Under the pieces are notes generated by a model. It was not told the origin of the DNA, made no database searches, and saw only the letters and a program-made list of their open reading frames with translations. This document shows, piece after piece, positions 39,568 to 52,134 of a DNA stretch of 64,000 nucleotides. Numbering within the stretch: the stretch's first letter is position 1; each line of letters opens with the position of its first letter. Made by a program: the position numbers and the translations under genes. Source of the stretch: Camelus ferus (lineage: Eukaryota); the NCBI RefSeq assembly GCF_009834535.1, contig NC_045697.1:62560001-62624000 (forward strand), in the 5' to 3' direction.

Positions 39568-41395
39568 ATTTTATCTTTTCTAAGGTGTATCTGTTCCCTA
39601 ACCTCAAATGTGAAAGGCTTTAAGTAGCTAGCCTAGTTTGTAATCTTGTCTGTTGTATATTTGCTGAGTTCACACCTGCTGCTTCTCCATCTGCTACAAT
39701 TTTAGATCAGAAGACCTACTTGAAATATGTGGAAAATGTCAAACATATTCCCAAAAAAGTGCTGTCTTTTTTTAAGCTGATGGTGTCCTGAGATGACTGA
39801 GGCTTTTCTCTTCCTAAAGATTAGCACTCCCCTCTTTTGTTTTCACTGACCTAGAGTCTCTTATTTAAAGGATCAAGACAACTTGATCATGGTGCAAAGA
39901 ACAGAGAAATAGCACTTCAAAAATAAATATCATTCAACTTGATTGTAGGCACTATGCTCTACTTACAAGACATTAATAGTACACCTGAATTATATAACAA
40001 ATTTTAGTCATGTTTTCACATATAGCAAGTATACAAATGGGTTTCTTTCCATCTCAATCTTAATACATCCAGTACAAGATATTTGATGTTTAGGAACAAT
40101 ATCTAATAGCCTGAGTCATTCATTCAGATATTCACTCTGAGCAAGATTCTACCTGGAACTGTTCTATGAAAATTCAAAAATATGTTCAGTAAGGAACTTG
40201 ATGAAATTATACTTGTGTGGATATATGGGTCATTCTTAAATACTGTTTTCCTATTGTTTGTGCTTAAAATTTAGATATGGCATTTTTATGTTTATTTTCC
40301 TGTGTACTTATGTATAAATTTATTATACTTAAGTTACTTAAAAATTATATCTGTTTCTTCCCACAAGCAATAAGGAAGGTGTTAGGGGTGGGAGTGGATC
40401 TAGTGGTTCAGAGGAAGGAGACAGTGAATCTTAAATCTATTGTGTAGGAGAATTGTCAAGGTTTGGAAGAATTATTATGCTTCCGGGGTATGCTGGATTT
40501 TAGTGTTAATAACGTTCACCCCTTCTAGAGGCATATACTAGAATATTTCCATGGATTAGGGTGGATTTCATCTGGAGTCATTTTTGCAGAAATAAAGTAT
40601 TGTTAGTTGAAAGTTTATTTTAATTCTAGACAAAATGTAAAGACTGTGAGATCTTGGGTGTTTGCTCATTTATAAGATGAAGGCATTAGACAATTATAAA
40701 GTGATTTTCTGATCCTCAGCCAGTCCTCAGCTATCAGGCAGGGTTGTTTTGTTTTGTTTTTACCACTGGGAAGGGCTGATTGGGGACAAAGGGTAGGATC
40801 AGTCTTCTGCGAGAGCTGTCAGCGTTAATTTGTTTGCTAAGCTCTGATACACAGAACTGCTGACACTGGCTTGTCTTCCTACATGTGTGTTAGGTCCTAA
40901 ACCTTGACTTGCTCTCACTCCTAAGTTTTTTGTAACTTGTAGCAACCTGGACTCTCTTGAGCTGTTCTTTCTTTGCTATTACTTGGGGAATTTCAGTATA
41001 GCAATCCCACTCACAGCCTCTGTCTGAACTTAAGAGGATGAAGCCATCCACCAAAAAGAAAAATAACTAGATAACCACAGGCAACACAGATTCAGTTGAG
41101 AGTCCACCCAGGCATTTGAACTTTATCACATGTGTGCTTTGAGAATTTTCATAAAGCGTAATACCAATTAATCAGATTCCTGGAATTCGTTTGTTAGGGA
41201 GCTTTGATTTATTTTCCCAAAACAGAGAGTGAACTTCTGCAAAGTGAGTATTGTATCTTAGAGACTGTGAGGCCCAAACACGTGGTAAAATATATTTTTC
41301 ATATTTCTGTTTCACCTTGGCCTAAGAAACATATGAGGTCATTTGGTTCTGAACAAAATTCTCAACATAAAATCCTTTAAACCTTTCAATTTCTC

Positions 41396-41556
41396 TAAGT
41401 CAGACAGAGAAGGATAAATACTGTATGATATCACTTATATGTGGAATCTAAAAGGCAGGTAGTATCTTGTAATAACTGTAAATGGAAAGTAACCTATAAA
41501 ATTGTATGAAATTAAAAAAAAAATAAAAAGAAATAGACTCAAAAAAAAAAAAAAAA
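41396..41556 (+). mobile_element. Short rearranged L1 3'-end fragment with A tails
   Basis: aagtcagacagagaaggataaatactgtatgatatcacttatatgtggaatctaaaa (compare ~7941-7993) joined to agtatcttgtaataac...poly-A. Confidence 0.8.
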
Positions 41557-42413
41557 CAAACCTCTTTAAATTTTTTGAAGTATCAAGAGCATGGCAAGAG
41601 CTTAGCTGATTACCTTGCCAAATGCCTCTGAGTCAAGGCTGAAATTTTGGACTACGCAGTCGACATGGTGATAAGGCATCTTAAGTAGAGCTTATTTTTA
41701 TTCTCTTAAGAACTCCAGCCTTTTGGTCTGCAGCCTGACCTTGGTCTTGCCAATTCACCAAAGACTCCAGAATCCCTCTACTGAGCCCCTGGCTTTGGGT
41801 GGGAGGAGGGCTCTGTGCTGCGAGAGGTCCCTGGTGCTGCCTGGATGGACAGTACTTGTTCTCATTCCTACGGCTGTGTGTCACCCACATGCTTCTGGCT
41901 ACTTCTTGCTGGACCTTTAGTGTGTTATCATTTATTGGATGTTTTTTCCCCATTGCCTGTATATGTAGATTTCTTCCCAGCATTTCCTTCATCCCACAGA
42001 TGAGTAAATTTCAGAATGTTTTTTCTTCCAATATGTTCTGTACCACAAAGGATCTGAGCCTTGTCTACCTGAATGTCATGAAGCCCCTTCACAATTTGTA
42101 CGGATCACTCGACTGGGCCTTTCTCTTAAGGAAAAGTAATGTTTTTAATTCTGTCACTGGGGAGGCAGCACTTGGGGCTTTTCCTCATTGCTTCCAGAAA
42201 TCTAGAAGAGCTGACAAAGAAAGCATCTGTCCCTGTCCATTCTGGCCATAATGTGGACCTGCATTAAAGGGGAAGTCAGTGTGGTTTGCCCAGTCCTTAG
42301 GATGTCTGAGGACTTTCACTGTTTCTTCCTCAGGAGAGTCTGGATATGAATGTCTTTGACTATATAGGGAGTTATGATTTGGAAGGGTTCCATTTGACTG
42401 TGTTACGTTTTTA

Positions 42414-42456
42414 GACAGACGAGATCGGGTGCGTTCAGTGTGATATGGCTGTAGAC
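42414..42456 (-). pseudogene. 5S rRNA 5'-fragment (nt ~1-44) tailless retropseudogene
   Basis: Reverse complement gtctacagccatatcacactgaacgcacccgatctcgtctg-tc vs 5S GTCTACGGCCATACCACCCTGAACGCGCCCGATCTCGTCTGATC: 4 substitutions and 1 deletion. 18-bp TSDs at 42396-42413 and 42457-42474. Confidence 0.93.
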
Positions 42457-44671
42457 GACTGTGTTATGTTTTTAAAAGAGCTGTTTGGTCATAAGTTTGT
42501 TCTAGACATAAAAATTGAAAAAATGGCTTTTCCACTCTTCTGCAAAATAATAATTATTAAAATAATCACAAACAACAACAAAATACCTTCTTTCTGCAGA
42601 TGTTGAAATTTATATAATCTTTGTGTTTCCCGTTCAGATTTGGCTACCAAGAAACTTAGCTCTTAATGTAGGGTTTAAATGTATTATTTCACACAATATT
42701 CTCAATAGGCTTATTTCTCCACGCTCTATAAATGATGTCTCAAATTTTTTTTAAAAATTTGACTTTATTTTATAGTCCAATGTGATTTTTTTGTTTGCTT
42801 GTTTTTATTGTAAATCAGATCTGAGTTTTTTGGATGTAAGTTAGATATGAATAAAAATGCATTCAGAATCAGAAACATATAGGTATTAAGTGTTAAAGAT
42901 CAAAACATCAATGACATCATATAGCATGCATTCCACAGTTAAATGTTCATGATTACAAGGTGGGTTTATCTTAGGCTGGTGATGGGGTGTGTGGAAGCAG
43001 GGATGGAGGGGTTTGTCAGTAAAGAATCTCCTCAAGAAATTCAGATAATTACACACTGTCAATGTGAATTATCATCTATAAAATGGTGACTATTATGTGG
43101 AAACTCCTGTTATTCCCGAACAGTTTGAGTAAACTGTTTCTAGTGCATCCAGGAATTGTTGGCATGAATACAATGACTAAAAGCTATGCCTACTGGCCTG
43201 GAACTAGGTATGAGGGTGAAAAAAAGACTTAGTGTAGCATTTGAATGTCTCTTTCACCATGGGCAGTGACAAAACAGTCAGATCAAAACCCCTTAATATT
43301 GATTTGCAGAGCTGTTCTTAGATAAAACTGTGTTGTATGAGAATCTTTTTCAGAATGACACCAAGTATCCACAACATTTCCTCTCCAAACATTAATAATC
43401 AGAGCTCAGTATGAATTATTAATAATAGATAAGGTACCATTGCTTTGAATAGTATGTTTTCTTTTGGTTTAGATGACAGTAAGAAAACTGTGGAAAGGTT
43501 TTTGTCTTAGCTTCACCCTTTTGCTCATCATTCTCAGGCAAATGGCTTAGTCAAAAGCTTGGTCCAAGCCAGAAGGGGTGCCCACGGCTGATAGCTAGGG
43601 AAATGTACCAAGAAGACTTGCCAGATTTCTCATCATTCAACATGGCACTCCATCTTCAACAGCAGGAGTCAGTCCTGCTGAATTACAAATGCTTGGCAGC
43701 CTCTCAAGACTTGCCCTGACCATTTCCGTAGAGAATTGGGTCAGGCCTTATATGACAAATAATATGTTCTAGATGCTCACCTGTCTGGGTTTAGTCTTTG
43801 GTTATTTTTAGCCCAAGAGTTGATCTTTGTTAGAAAACATAGTATTCAATAATAATTTTCTGCTACTGTAACTTAGTTCCCTAAGCTGTTTCAAACAGCC
43901 CAGAGGGTAAAAGGACAAGTGTGCTTTTCCTGCTGATTGACTTTCATAACATGCTGCACAGGATGATCTGACAGCACAGAATCATGGCATCCTACCAGCT
44001 CACACGCTTTTCTTTGGCAATGATCCTACGGACTCGCTAGAGACATAAAGAGAAAACAAATGTTATCTTTCCATTATGACTTGCTGGAATTTTTGTTATT
44101 TCCCATATAATGCAGATGTTCTTATGCAAACTATTGCCTCATTTGGGTCAAAAATAAGAGTTATCAAATGAGAGGAGTGTCAGGGAAGATAATGGGGAAT
44201 GAATAAAATTTGGGAAATAGAAATTCAAGTGGCTATTTTTTTCCTTTGTGGTTGATAAAAATCTGTTTTAGACTAGTGAGTTTTACATGTATATATACAT
44301 ACCTATACCTATCTATCTATCTATCTATGAAGTATTTTTTTCTACTGACCAGAACCAAAATCAGTGGATATATGAGTATATCATATAAACATTGAACACA
44401 TCTTACTTGGAAGTGAAGATGTGTGACCTGATGAGTATAGCTGAGTCTAAAGATAGATGTGTGTTCCATAAAAATAGTGTTTATGGACTTGGTGCTTATT
44501 TACCTCTAAGTAAGTAATGCTTTCTTAACCTTTTTGGTGCTAAGTAAGGTGCTATGAATGTCCATACTGGTTATTAAACCACCAAAATCCTCGCATAGCT
44601 ATTAGTAAATAGTCTCAGCTCAAGTCTCTGAAGTATCTCTACCATCAACCCAATCCTAATTACTGTTTTAT

Positions 44672-46510
44672 TTATTTAGATATAATTGGCATATAGCATC
44701 ATATTAGTTTCAGGTGTATAATATAATCTATATTTGTATATGTTGTGAAATGATCACAGTAAGTCTAGTGAACATTCATTACCACATTTTTTTTCTTGTA
44801 ATGAGAACTTTTACAATCTATTCTTTCAGCAACTTTCAAATTTACATAATATTATTAACTGTAGTCACCAGGCTGTACATTACATCCCCATGACTTAATT
44901 TATTCTATAATTGGAAGTTTGTACCTTTTGTGACCTCCTTCATCCATTTTGCCCAGTGCCCCTAACCTCCAGTGACTTGCCACCTCTGACAACCACCTAT
45001 TTATTCTCTATGAGCTCCAGGGCTTTTTTTTTTTTTTTTTTTTTAAAGATTCCACACATAAGTGAGATCATGCAGTATTTGTCTTTTTCTGTCCGACACA
45101 TTTGACTTAACATGAATGGACCTTGATGATACTATGCTTTCACAAATGGAAAGATTTCCTTCTTCATTATAGCTGGATAGCATGCCATTATATGTGTAGT
45201 TGACCCTTGAACAGTGCAAGGGTTAGGGGCGCCCATCCTCTGCATAGTCGAAGATTTGTGTATAACTTGTAATCAGCCCTCTGTATCCTCAATTGCGCAT
45301 CCGTGGATTCAACCAATTGTGGATCATGTAATACTATAGTGCTTACTATTGAAAAAAAAGCCACATATAAGTGGACTCCCACAGTTCAAACCCCTGTTGT
45401 TCAAGAGTCAACTGTACATACCAAATTTTTTTTATCCATTTATCCATTAATTGACACTTAGGTTGCTTCCATATCTAAGCTACTGTAAATTATGCTCCTA
45501 TGAATATAGAGATGCATCTATCTTTTCGAGTTAGTGTTTTTGTTTTCTTTGAGTAAATACCCAGAAGTGGGATTGCTGGATCTTATGGTAGCTCTATTTT
45601 TAATTTTTTCAAGAACTTCCATAGTATTTTTCATAGTGGCTACACCAATTTACATTCTCACCAAAAGTGCACAAGGATTCCCTTTTCTCCACATTCTTGC
45701 TAACACTTATCTCTTGTCTTTTTGATAATAACATAATAGATGTGAGGTGATATCTCATTGTGGTTTTGATTTGCATTCCCTGATGATCAGTGATATTGAG
45801 CAAATTTTCTTGTACTTGTTGGCCATCTGTATGTCTTATTTGGAAAAATGCCTGTTCAGATGTTCTGCCCAATTTTTAATTGAATTATTTGGTTTTTGCT
45901 ATTGAGCTGTATGAATCTTTATTTTGAATATTAACCCCTTATCAGATACATAGTTTGCAAATATTTTCTCCAATTCAGTAGATTGCTTTTTCATTTTGTT
46001 GATGGTTTCCTTAGCTATGTGGAAGCTTTTTAGTTTCTTGTGGTCTCATTTATTTTTGCTTTTATTACATTTGATGTCAAATTCAAAATATCTTTGCCAA
46101 GACTGATTATCAAGGCCTTACTGCTTATGTTTTCTTCCTGGAGTTTTATAGTTTCAGGTCTCACAGTCAAGTCTTTAATCCATTTTGAGCTAGTGTTTGC
46201 ATTTGGTGTAAGATAATGGGCCAGCTTCATTCTTTGCCGTGTGGCTGTATAGTTTTCCCAACACCATTCATTGAAGAGACTATCTTTTCCCTTCCCTATA
46301 TATTTTTGGCTTCTTTGTTGTAAATTAACTGATCATATATGCATGGGTTTATTTCTGGGTTCTCTATTCTGTTCCATTCATTGGTCTATGTGTCTGTTTT
46401 TATGTAGTGCCTTGATGCTTTGACTACTATAGTTTTGTAATATAGTTTAAAATCAGGGAGTATGGTGCCTCCAGCTTTGTTCTTCTTTTTCAAGATTGCA
46501 TTGGCTATTA
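44672..46510 (-). mobile_element. 5'-truncated L1 (L1MA9-like/laurasiatherian) carrying a Tigger2 MITE
   Basis: ORF2-tail ORFs 46030-46230 and 45609-45872. TSD core actgttttat at 44662-44671 and 46513-46522. Confidence 0.92.
45197..45414. mobile_element. Tigger2-family (TcMar) MITE
   Basis: TIRs (t)agttgacccttgaaca ... tgttcaagagtcaactg followed by TA. Inserted into a TA-rich stretch of the L1. Confidence 0.9.
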
Positions 46511-46664
46511 TAACTGTTTTATATTAAGAGGTGGTATAAATGAATTATCTAAACATTTAAATATGTATTTCTTATTTACATTTAAAAATACAGTGTTCTT
46601 TACTACTACTACCACCACCACCACCTCTACCACCATTTCTTGCACTACTGCTACTATAGCATCA

Positions 46665-46945
46665 CTGATTTATTGATTACTTACCATAGGCCAGTCAGAG
46701 TCCTAAGCATTCTACTTATATTAACTCATTTAATCCACACAACAATGCTGTGAGGTACTATTATCATCTGCATTTTTACAGACAAGGAAACAGAAGCACC
46801 AAGACATTAAATGACTTACTCAAAGTAACATAGGTAGCAAATGACGTAACTGGGAGTCAAACCTACATAGTCTAAATAAGTGATATACAAACAAACAAAC
46901 AAACAAACAAAACCTACATAGTCTAGTTTTAGAATCCAGGATCCT
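46665..46945 (-). mobile_element. MIR SINE containing the micro-insertion at 46875-46909
   Basis: ttaactcatttaatccacacaacaat...gcatttttacagacaaggaaacagaagc. Confidence 0.85.
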
Positions 46946-49706
46946 CACTACTCCTCCTGGCAGCTTAATTAGGCAAGCATCCCTGATTATTTTAGGTAAA
47001 GAGTACTATAGTCTTTTGTAAGATAAGCACATAGACTTGTGACTGTATTTGTTTAAATTTGGCTTTACTGGATCGCAGCTTAGCTTTGACATTTACAGAT
47101 GGGCTAGCCTTCATCTCACTGTGAGATATAAAGCAACTTGGTATTAGTTTACCTGCAAAAGGCTGTTAGGAGGCCCTAGAGGAACTCCTAATTAAAATGC
47201 AGCACATTTCCAAGGCACCATATCTTGCTGTGTTGCCATAGAAACAGTGGGGATTTCTGGTCACTGACCTTTAAGGGAATCTAAGAATACATTTTCATAA
47301 GGTTCATAAGAAGAGTTATCCCAGTATATTAACTATAGTTGCAGGATCAACTTTGGAAATCCCCTATGCAATCCTACCTGACTTTAGAAGTATATTATAT
47401 CAGCAAAATTACTAGAGGCTCAAGCTGGACTTTTTGAAAGAATGCTTTTTTAGCTGCTTCCAATATACCATCTGAACTATTGGATTTTAAATGATCAAAG
47501 ATATTGTTGTAGCAGCAAAGAAACATTAAAAAAAATCTTAGATAATTGTATAAGAGATGTTGAAACTAAAATAATATTTAGGAATAGTTTCTGTGTTATA
47601 TCTATTCTATTGCATTCGGATTCTTCAAATCTAGGCTTACTCAAAGGATAAAATACAGTATCACTATATCAAAAAAATATACACCTAGAAAGTCAAAGCT
47701 TCTTATAAAATGTTAAGATGTTAACATAATTTAAAAATACAAATTATTAATTCATGCCCTTTCTAGTTTATTCATTTATAAATTCAGTCATTACATTATA
47801 AAAATGTAAAATTGAACAATTTTAGTTATACTTTATATATATGTATTTTTTTGCCATTTGACAGAAGCTAAGTACACATGATGCAACAGGGAAATGACAC
47901 AGCCTGCTTTATTGTGACTACTATTATAATAATATTTTTATCTTTCACTAAAATAGATAACTTAGTTCTTGTCACAGGATATGCGTAGTTTAGTTATAAG
48001 GAAGGATCAGTCAGAGTAATCAGGAGCTGGCTAATTTCTCCTAGAATTAGAAATAAATCTCCATACACATGAGTATCACTTTTGGGTTAGTATTAACAAA
48101 TGACTTACCTCTATATTTGACACAGTGAGGAAAAAAAAAAAAGTATCTTCAATTCAGATTCCAGGGACAGGGCAAACAGGGAAGTGCCAGCTCTGTTGTG
48201 CTCCCGCTCAAGACAGAACACAGTAGGATGAACGCACCCCAGGATGCAGAGTACTGTCAGTGCAGTCGACAGAGGAATCTGTCAAGTTTGTAGTTAGAAA
48301 ACTGTTTTTCTTCCTCAGTATGTATGTGGACAGCACTGTCCCTGAGAACTAATGGTTGTCCTTGAAGCCTGTGTCTGTGTGTCTGTGTGTACATCTGTGT
48401 GTGGTTGATCCAATAGTTACCCACTGGATGAGCCAGAAGGATGAGGAATATATTTGCATCTCATACTGGTGGGGCGACCAAGGAAGCTCTGACTTGGAAT
48501 GCTAAACCATATATTAGATTGTTGTGCTGCCAGTTGTGTGCCAAAGCTCTTCTTGACCTGTTTTGCTGAAGACCTCATGAAACATATGAGGCTGAATAAA
48601 TCAGACTTAGGGGACTGATGTCTGCATATTAAACCTAGGAGCAGACTAGCCCTCAGGTCAGGTTGTCTCAGCAGTGGCTGTGAGACAATCTTCCTGAAAA
48701 GGCTTCTTCCCTTGTGCAACTTTTTGTTTAAATGCTTGGTTCAGGACAACCACTATGGTATATATCTTCCTATGGCATTTTTTATGCTCATATTAGTACT
48801 AGAATAGAATGCTTGTTGTACAAAAGATTTTACTGTTCCATGTGGTTTAGGAATACTCATTAACACATCTAAATGAAATAAGAGACTTACCACTTCTCTC
48901 CAGCTTAAGACTGCACAGGCAGCTTAACACTTGGTAGTCTCTTTCCAATTAGGTAAAAAAGGAAGCTTCTATGGTGATCATGCTTATAGTCATTATATTC
49001 ATTCTGTCTTCCTTCCTTGCCAATTCCTAATATACATCAGATTACTCATGACTACATAGAATGTGCCTAGTGCTTCTAGAATATTCTGTCTAAAAATTCT
49101 GCTTTCTACTGGTGATTTTTTAAAGGGACTCTGCCATTTTTCTCCTGAATAATTAAAAAGACAAACTAAATAATTGATTTATACAGGTCTTTTGACATTC
49201 ACATTTATTGTCAGCACCCATGGGGAGTTAACAGACATTTCCTAAGTAGAAAAATCTTTCCTAAAGAAATATCCTATAATTTATATATCTAGCAAAATTT
49301 AAAGGAGTAGGAGATTTTCATAAAATCTAGAGAGCTGACATTTTTAAGGTGATTCTCTGGTAGTTCTCAGAAATGCTTAAAGGTATTTCCTAGAAGGAAA
49401 AAGATTTGATTTAAAAAAAGAAGAAAAAGAAAATGCTGGGTTAAAGTTAACCAGGTTCCCTCAGAGTCTTTAATGCATGAAATGGTAATGTGTCGTATGA
49501 ATATCTTAAGGGGATGTACTCAAAATCACTTCTCTAGTCCATGGAACTCACTTTTTTTAGTAGAGCCTCTTAAGGCACCAGTGCCATCAGAACATTGGGT
49601 GGTGGTGTTTCAGGGAATTCCCAAGGTAGAGGGTTAATGTTCCATCTGGCCTTTTTAACACGTCTAAAATTCCTTCTTCATCAAATGGCTGGCAAGGACT
49701 TTATAT

Positions 49707-49712
49707 TTTATT
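49707..49712 (-). terminator. Candidate SNCA poly(A) signal AATAAA. Others: ATTAAA 50077-50082, GATAAA 49751-49756, ATTAAA 49469-49474, AATAAA 49204-49209
   Basis: Hexamers read directly on the minus strand downstream of the stop codon. Usage cannot be shown from DNA alone. Confidence 0.6.
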
Positions 49713-49881
49713 GTGTCACTTCTCATTTCATGTTGTTTATAAGCATGATTTTTATCATTAAAGTGAGATGGGATAGAAAGATTTTCGTAATGACTAACAT
49801 TTTAGCTGTCACAATTTTTATGAAAACACGAGTTAATAAAACATCACAAAACAATAAAATTTTATAGTTAATATTTATAGG

Positions 49882-49888
49882 TGCATAG
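49882..49888 (-). promoter_or_regulatory. miR-153 seed site (CTATGCA) in SNCA 3'UTR
   Basis: Plus strand tgcatag, mRNA context gaaaCTATGCAcc. miR-153 is an established SNCA regulator. Confidence 0.8.
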
Positions 49889-50212
49889 TTTCATGCTCAC
49901 ATGTTTAAGTATTGTATATATTAACAAATTGCACAATACATCATTATTCTTAGACAGAATCATTAAAAGACACCTTAAAATCTATAATATATGATAGTAA
50001 ATCACTCACAATTTTTCAACAACAGCAACAAAAAAATAGTGAAGATTTAGAAATAAGTGGTAGTCACTTAGGTGTTTTTAATTTGCTTTAACATTTTAGA
50101 TTTGAAGCCACAATATCCACAGCACACAACGACCCTGCTACCATATATTCAGTGAGAGGGAAGCACCGAAATGCTGAGTTGGGGCAGGTACAGATACTCC
50201 AATCACTGCTGA

Positions 50213-50220
50213 TGGAAGAC
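50213..50220 (-). promoter_or_regulatory. miR-7 8mer seed site (GTCTTCCA) in SNCA 3'UTR
   Basis: Plus strand tggaagac is GTCTTCCA on the mRNA strand. miR-7 repression of SNCA through the proximal 3'UTR is established. Confidence 0.85.
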
Positions 50221-50331
50221 TTCAAAATACACTGTGAAAACTTTGAGAAAATGTCATGACTGGGCACGCTGGAACTGAGCACTTGTACAGGATGTCAGCA
50301 GATCTCAGGAAACTGGGAGCAAAGATAGTTC

Positions 50332-50364
50332 TTAGGCTTCGGGTTCGTAGTCCTGATACCCTTC
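50332..50364 (-). CDS. SNCA: Alpha-synuclein last coding exon: EGYQDYEPEA-stop
   Basis: Minus strand reads ...tctttctgattttcctaatattag|GAAGGGTATCAGGACTACGAACCCGAAGCCTAA. Identical to human residues 131-140 and in frame with 52436-52519 across a 2071-bp GT-AG intron (50365-52435). Confidence 0.98.
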   Translation of the reverse strand, partial: EGYQDYEPEA

Positions 50365-51559
50365 CTAATATTAGGAAAATCAGAAAGACAGCGTGAAGGT
50401 TTAGGATAAGGGGCCAGTAATCAGGGCCTCAGGGCAAATGAGACAGGACATGGCTCGCTGCTTTGAATAAAGGCTATATAGTCCTAAGAGTTCTGGAACA
50501 GTTCTGCTACATCCAATATCATTTTCTTTTGAATAGTTTTGTCTTCCTGTCAAATATAAAAGTGAGTTAGAGTGGTGGTCAGAGTTAGTTAGGGTATGTG
50601 AATTCTACTTTCAGATGTGCCATTTAACAATCATATGACCTAGTCCTGGAGGACAAATTAGTTGGTCTGTCCGGCTTTGTTTCTTCTGCCAGTAAATGTG
50701 AGAACCAAATCAGGTGGTTTCTTAGAAAGAAACTAAGACATTTCGAGGCAAATCATATTTTCTCTCCTTTTACTTTCCCAGTTGGAAACTTCATCTTCAT
50801 CTAGGGCTTCTTCAATTATTACTATTTCGAAGCTCCTCTCCCCATACAATGTTTGGATGACGTACACAAGAAAAATCTTAATGGTCTTAACCATAGTGGC
50901 CAGATGAGTCCTCCTAAGGAACTAATAATGTCTAATAATGTCAGAATCCTGCTTATAAAACAAACCTATTTGCAACAGCTCAAGCTGCTTTCCAAATTAA
51001 GTACAAACTTACATGGCAAGGTTTCTCTAGTATTTTACAATTTGTCTTCGATCCATCTCAGTAGCCTTAATCTGTCACTATTCTGAGCTTGAATCATATT
51101 TTATTACTCACTGCTCCTCAGACATAGCTAAGACATGGTAGAATGTTCTCCTTTATTTTGGCCTATCTTATTGCCCACCCCTTCCCCCACCTCTTCTATA
51201 AAGCTTCTCCTGACTGACATAAATACTGTAAAATGTTAACGTTTTTGTGTATCGTGTATATTTTTGCCCCTGGGATGCCTGGGAAATAGAAGGCAGTCAG
51301 TATAGAAGAAGGCAGTCAATATAAATGAATATATTTATTTTTATTGAGTCTACTAGAATGTAAACTCCTTGTGTCCTGGTCCTATCAGTTACTCTTATTG
51401 TATTTTCTATAGTGTTTATTACATTGTGCCATGCTTTTATAAAGAAACCCCAAAGTATTGGTAAAAAAATTAGGCAAATAATTTAATCTCAATGTATTAT
51501 TCTTTATGGCATCATTAAAAGGCATATTGATAATCATTCCATTTGCAGAAATTAATACA

Positions 51560-51850
51560 TTTTCTGGTGATCTGGTAAGAGGGTAATAGTCTCATAGAAT
51601 TAGTTAGGGATTTCTCCCACCTCTTCTACTTTTTTAGATAATAAATTAATTGGCATTTATTATAATTAGCTGGTATTCTTTAAATTTTTGGTAAAATTCA
51701 CCAGTGAAGCTTTTGGTCCTGGGATTTGCTCCACGGGTAGGTTTTTTTTTTTTTTTGTTTTTTGTTTTTTATAAATAATTCAGTCTCTTCGGTAGAGATT
51801 TGTTTAGATTTTCTATTTCTTCATGAGTCAGTTTCATTGTCTAAAAATAT
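51560..51850 (-). mobile_element. Old L1 ORF2 fragment in the last SNCA intron
   Basis: tttggtaaaattcaccagtgaagcttttggtcctgg...tttagattttctatttcttcatgagtcagttt; similar to 4770-4890. Confidence 0.7.
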
Positions 51851-52134
51851 TTCCTAATGTTCCTTGTGATGCATTTTCTATTAAAGAAACTTGTTTTCAA
51901 AGTAAAGTATGCCATTTAAAATGCTGGACTAAAATATACCAATTATTGCAAACTATGCATCAATCATATTTCTACTTTAATTTTTTTGAGTAACTTTCAT
52001 TATATTGTGCAAATATCCCACTGGAAATATATGGCAAAAATAATTATCTTCTTTTGGCATTTAGTTAATTTCTCTAACTTTCCATTTTGGCATTTGGTTT
52101 AGAATAATGTAAAATTTCTAATAATTCTCTAATG

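Larger units (their letters stand above)
49690..50331 (-). other. SNCA: SNCA proximal 3'UTR; longer isoforms may extend to ~49190 or beyond
   Basis: Sequence after the stop (tatctttgctcccagtttcctgagatctgctgaca...gtgcccagtcatgacatt...aaacacctaagtgactaccacttatttctaaatc...catctcactttaat) follows the human SNCA 3'UTR as I recall it. The end coordinate is inferred from AATAAA at 49707-49712. Confidence 0.9.

Noticed and set aside
41681..42251. Overlapping 62-150 aa ORFs on both strands
   Set aside because: No homology or exon structure that I can recognise; consistent with a locally higher-GC non-coding stretch.
42414..42456. Functional 5S rRNA gene
   Set aside because: Only the first ~44 nt are present; the internal promoter and terminator are absent.
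49613..49622. Perfect palindromic kB site GGGAATTCCC just past the proximal poly(A) region
   Set aside because: Single isolated 10-mer with no supporting context.
50100..50187. Plus-strand AG...GT-bounded open segment (FEATISTAHNDP...) and minus-strand ORF 50088-50282
   Set aside because: Both lie within the SNCA 3'UTR or its antisense, with no recognisable protein; the complexity is explained by the UTR.
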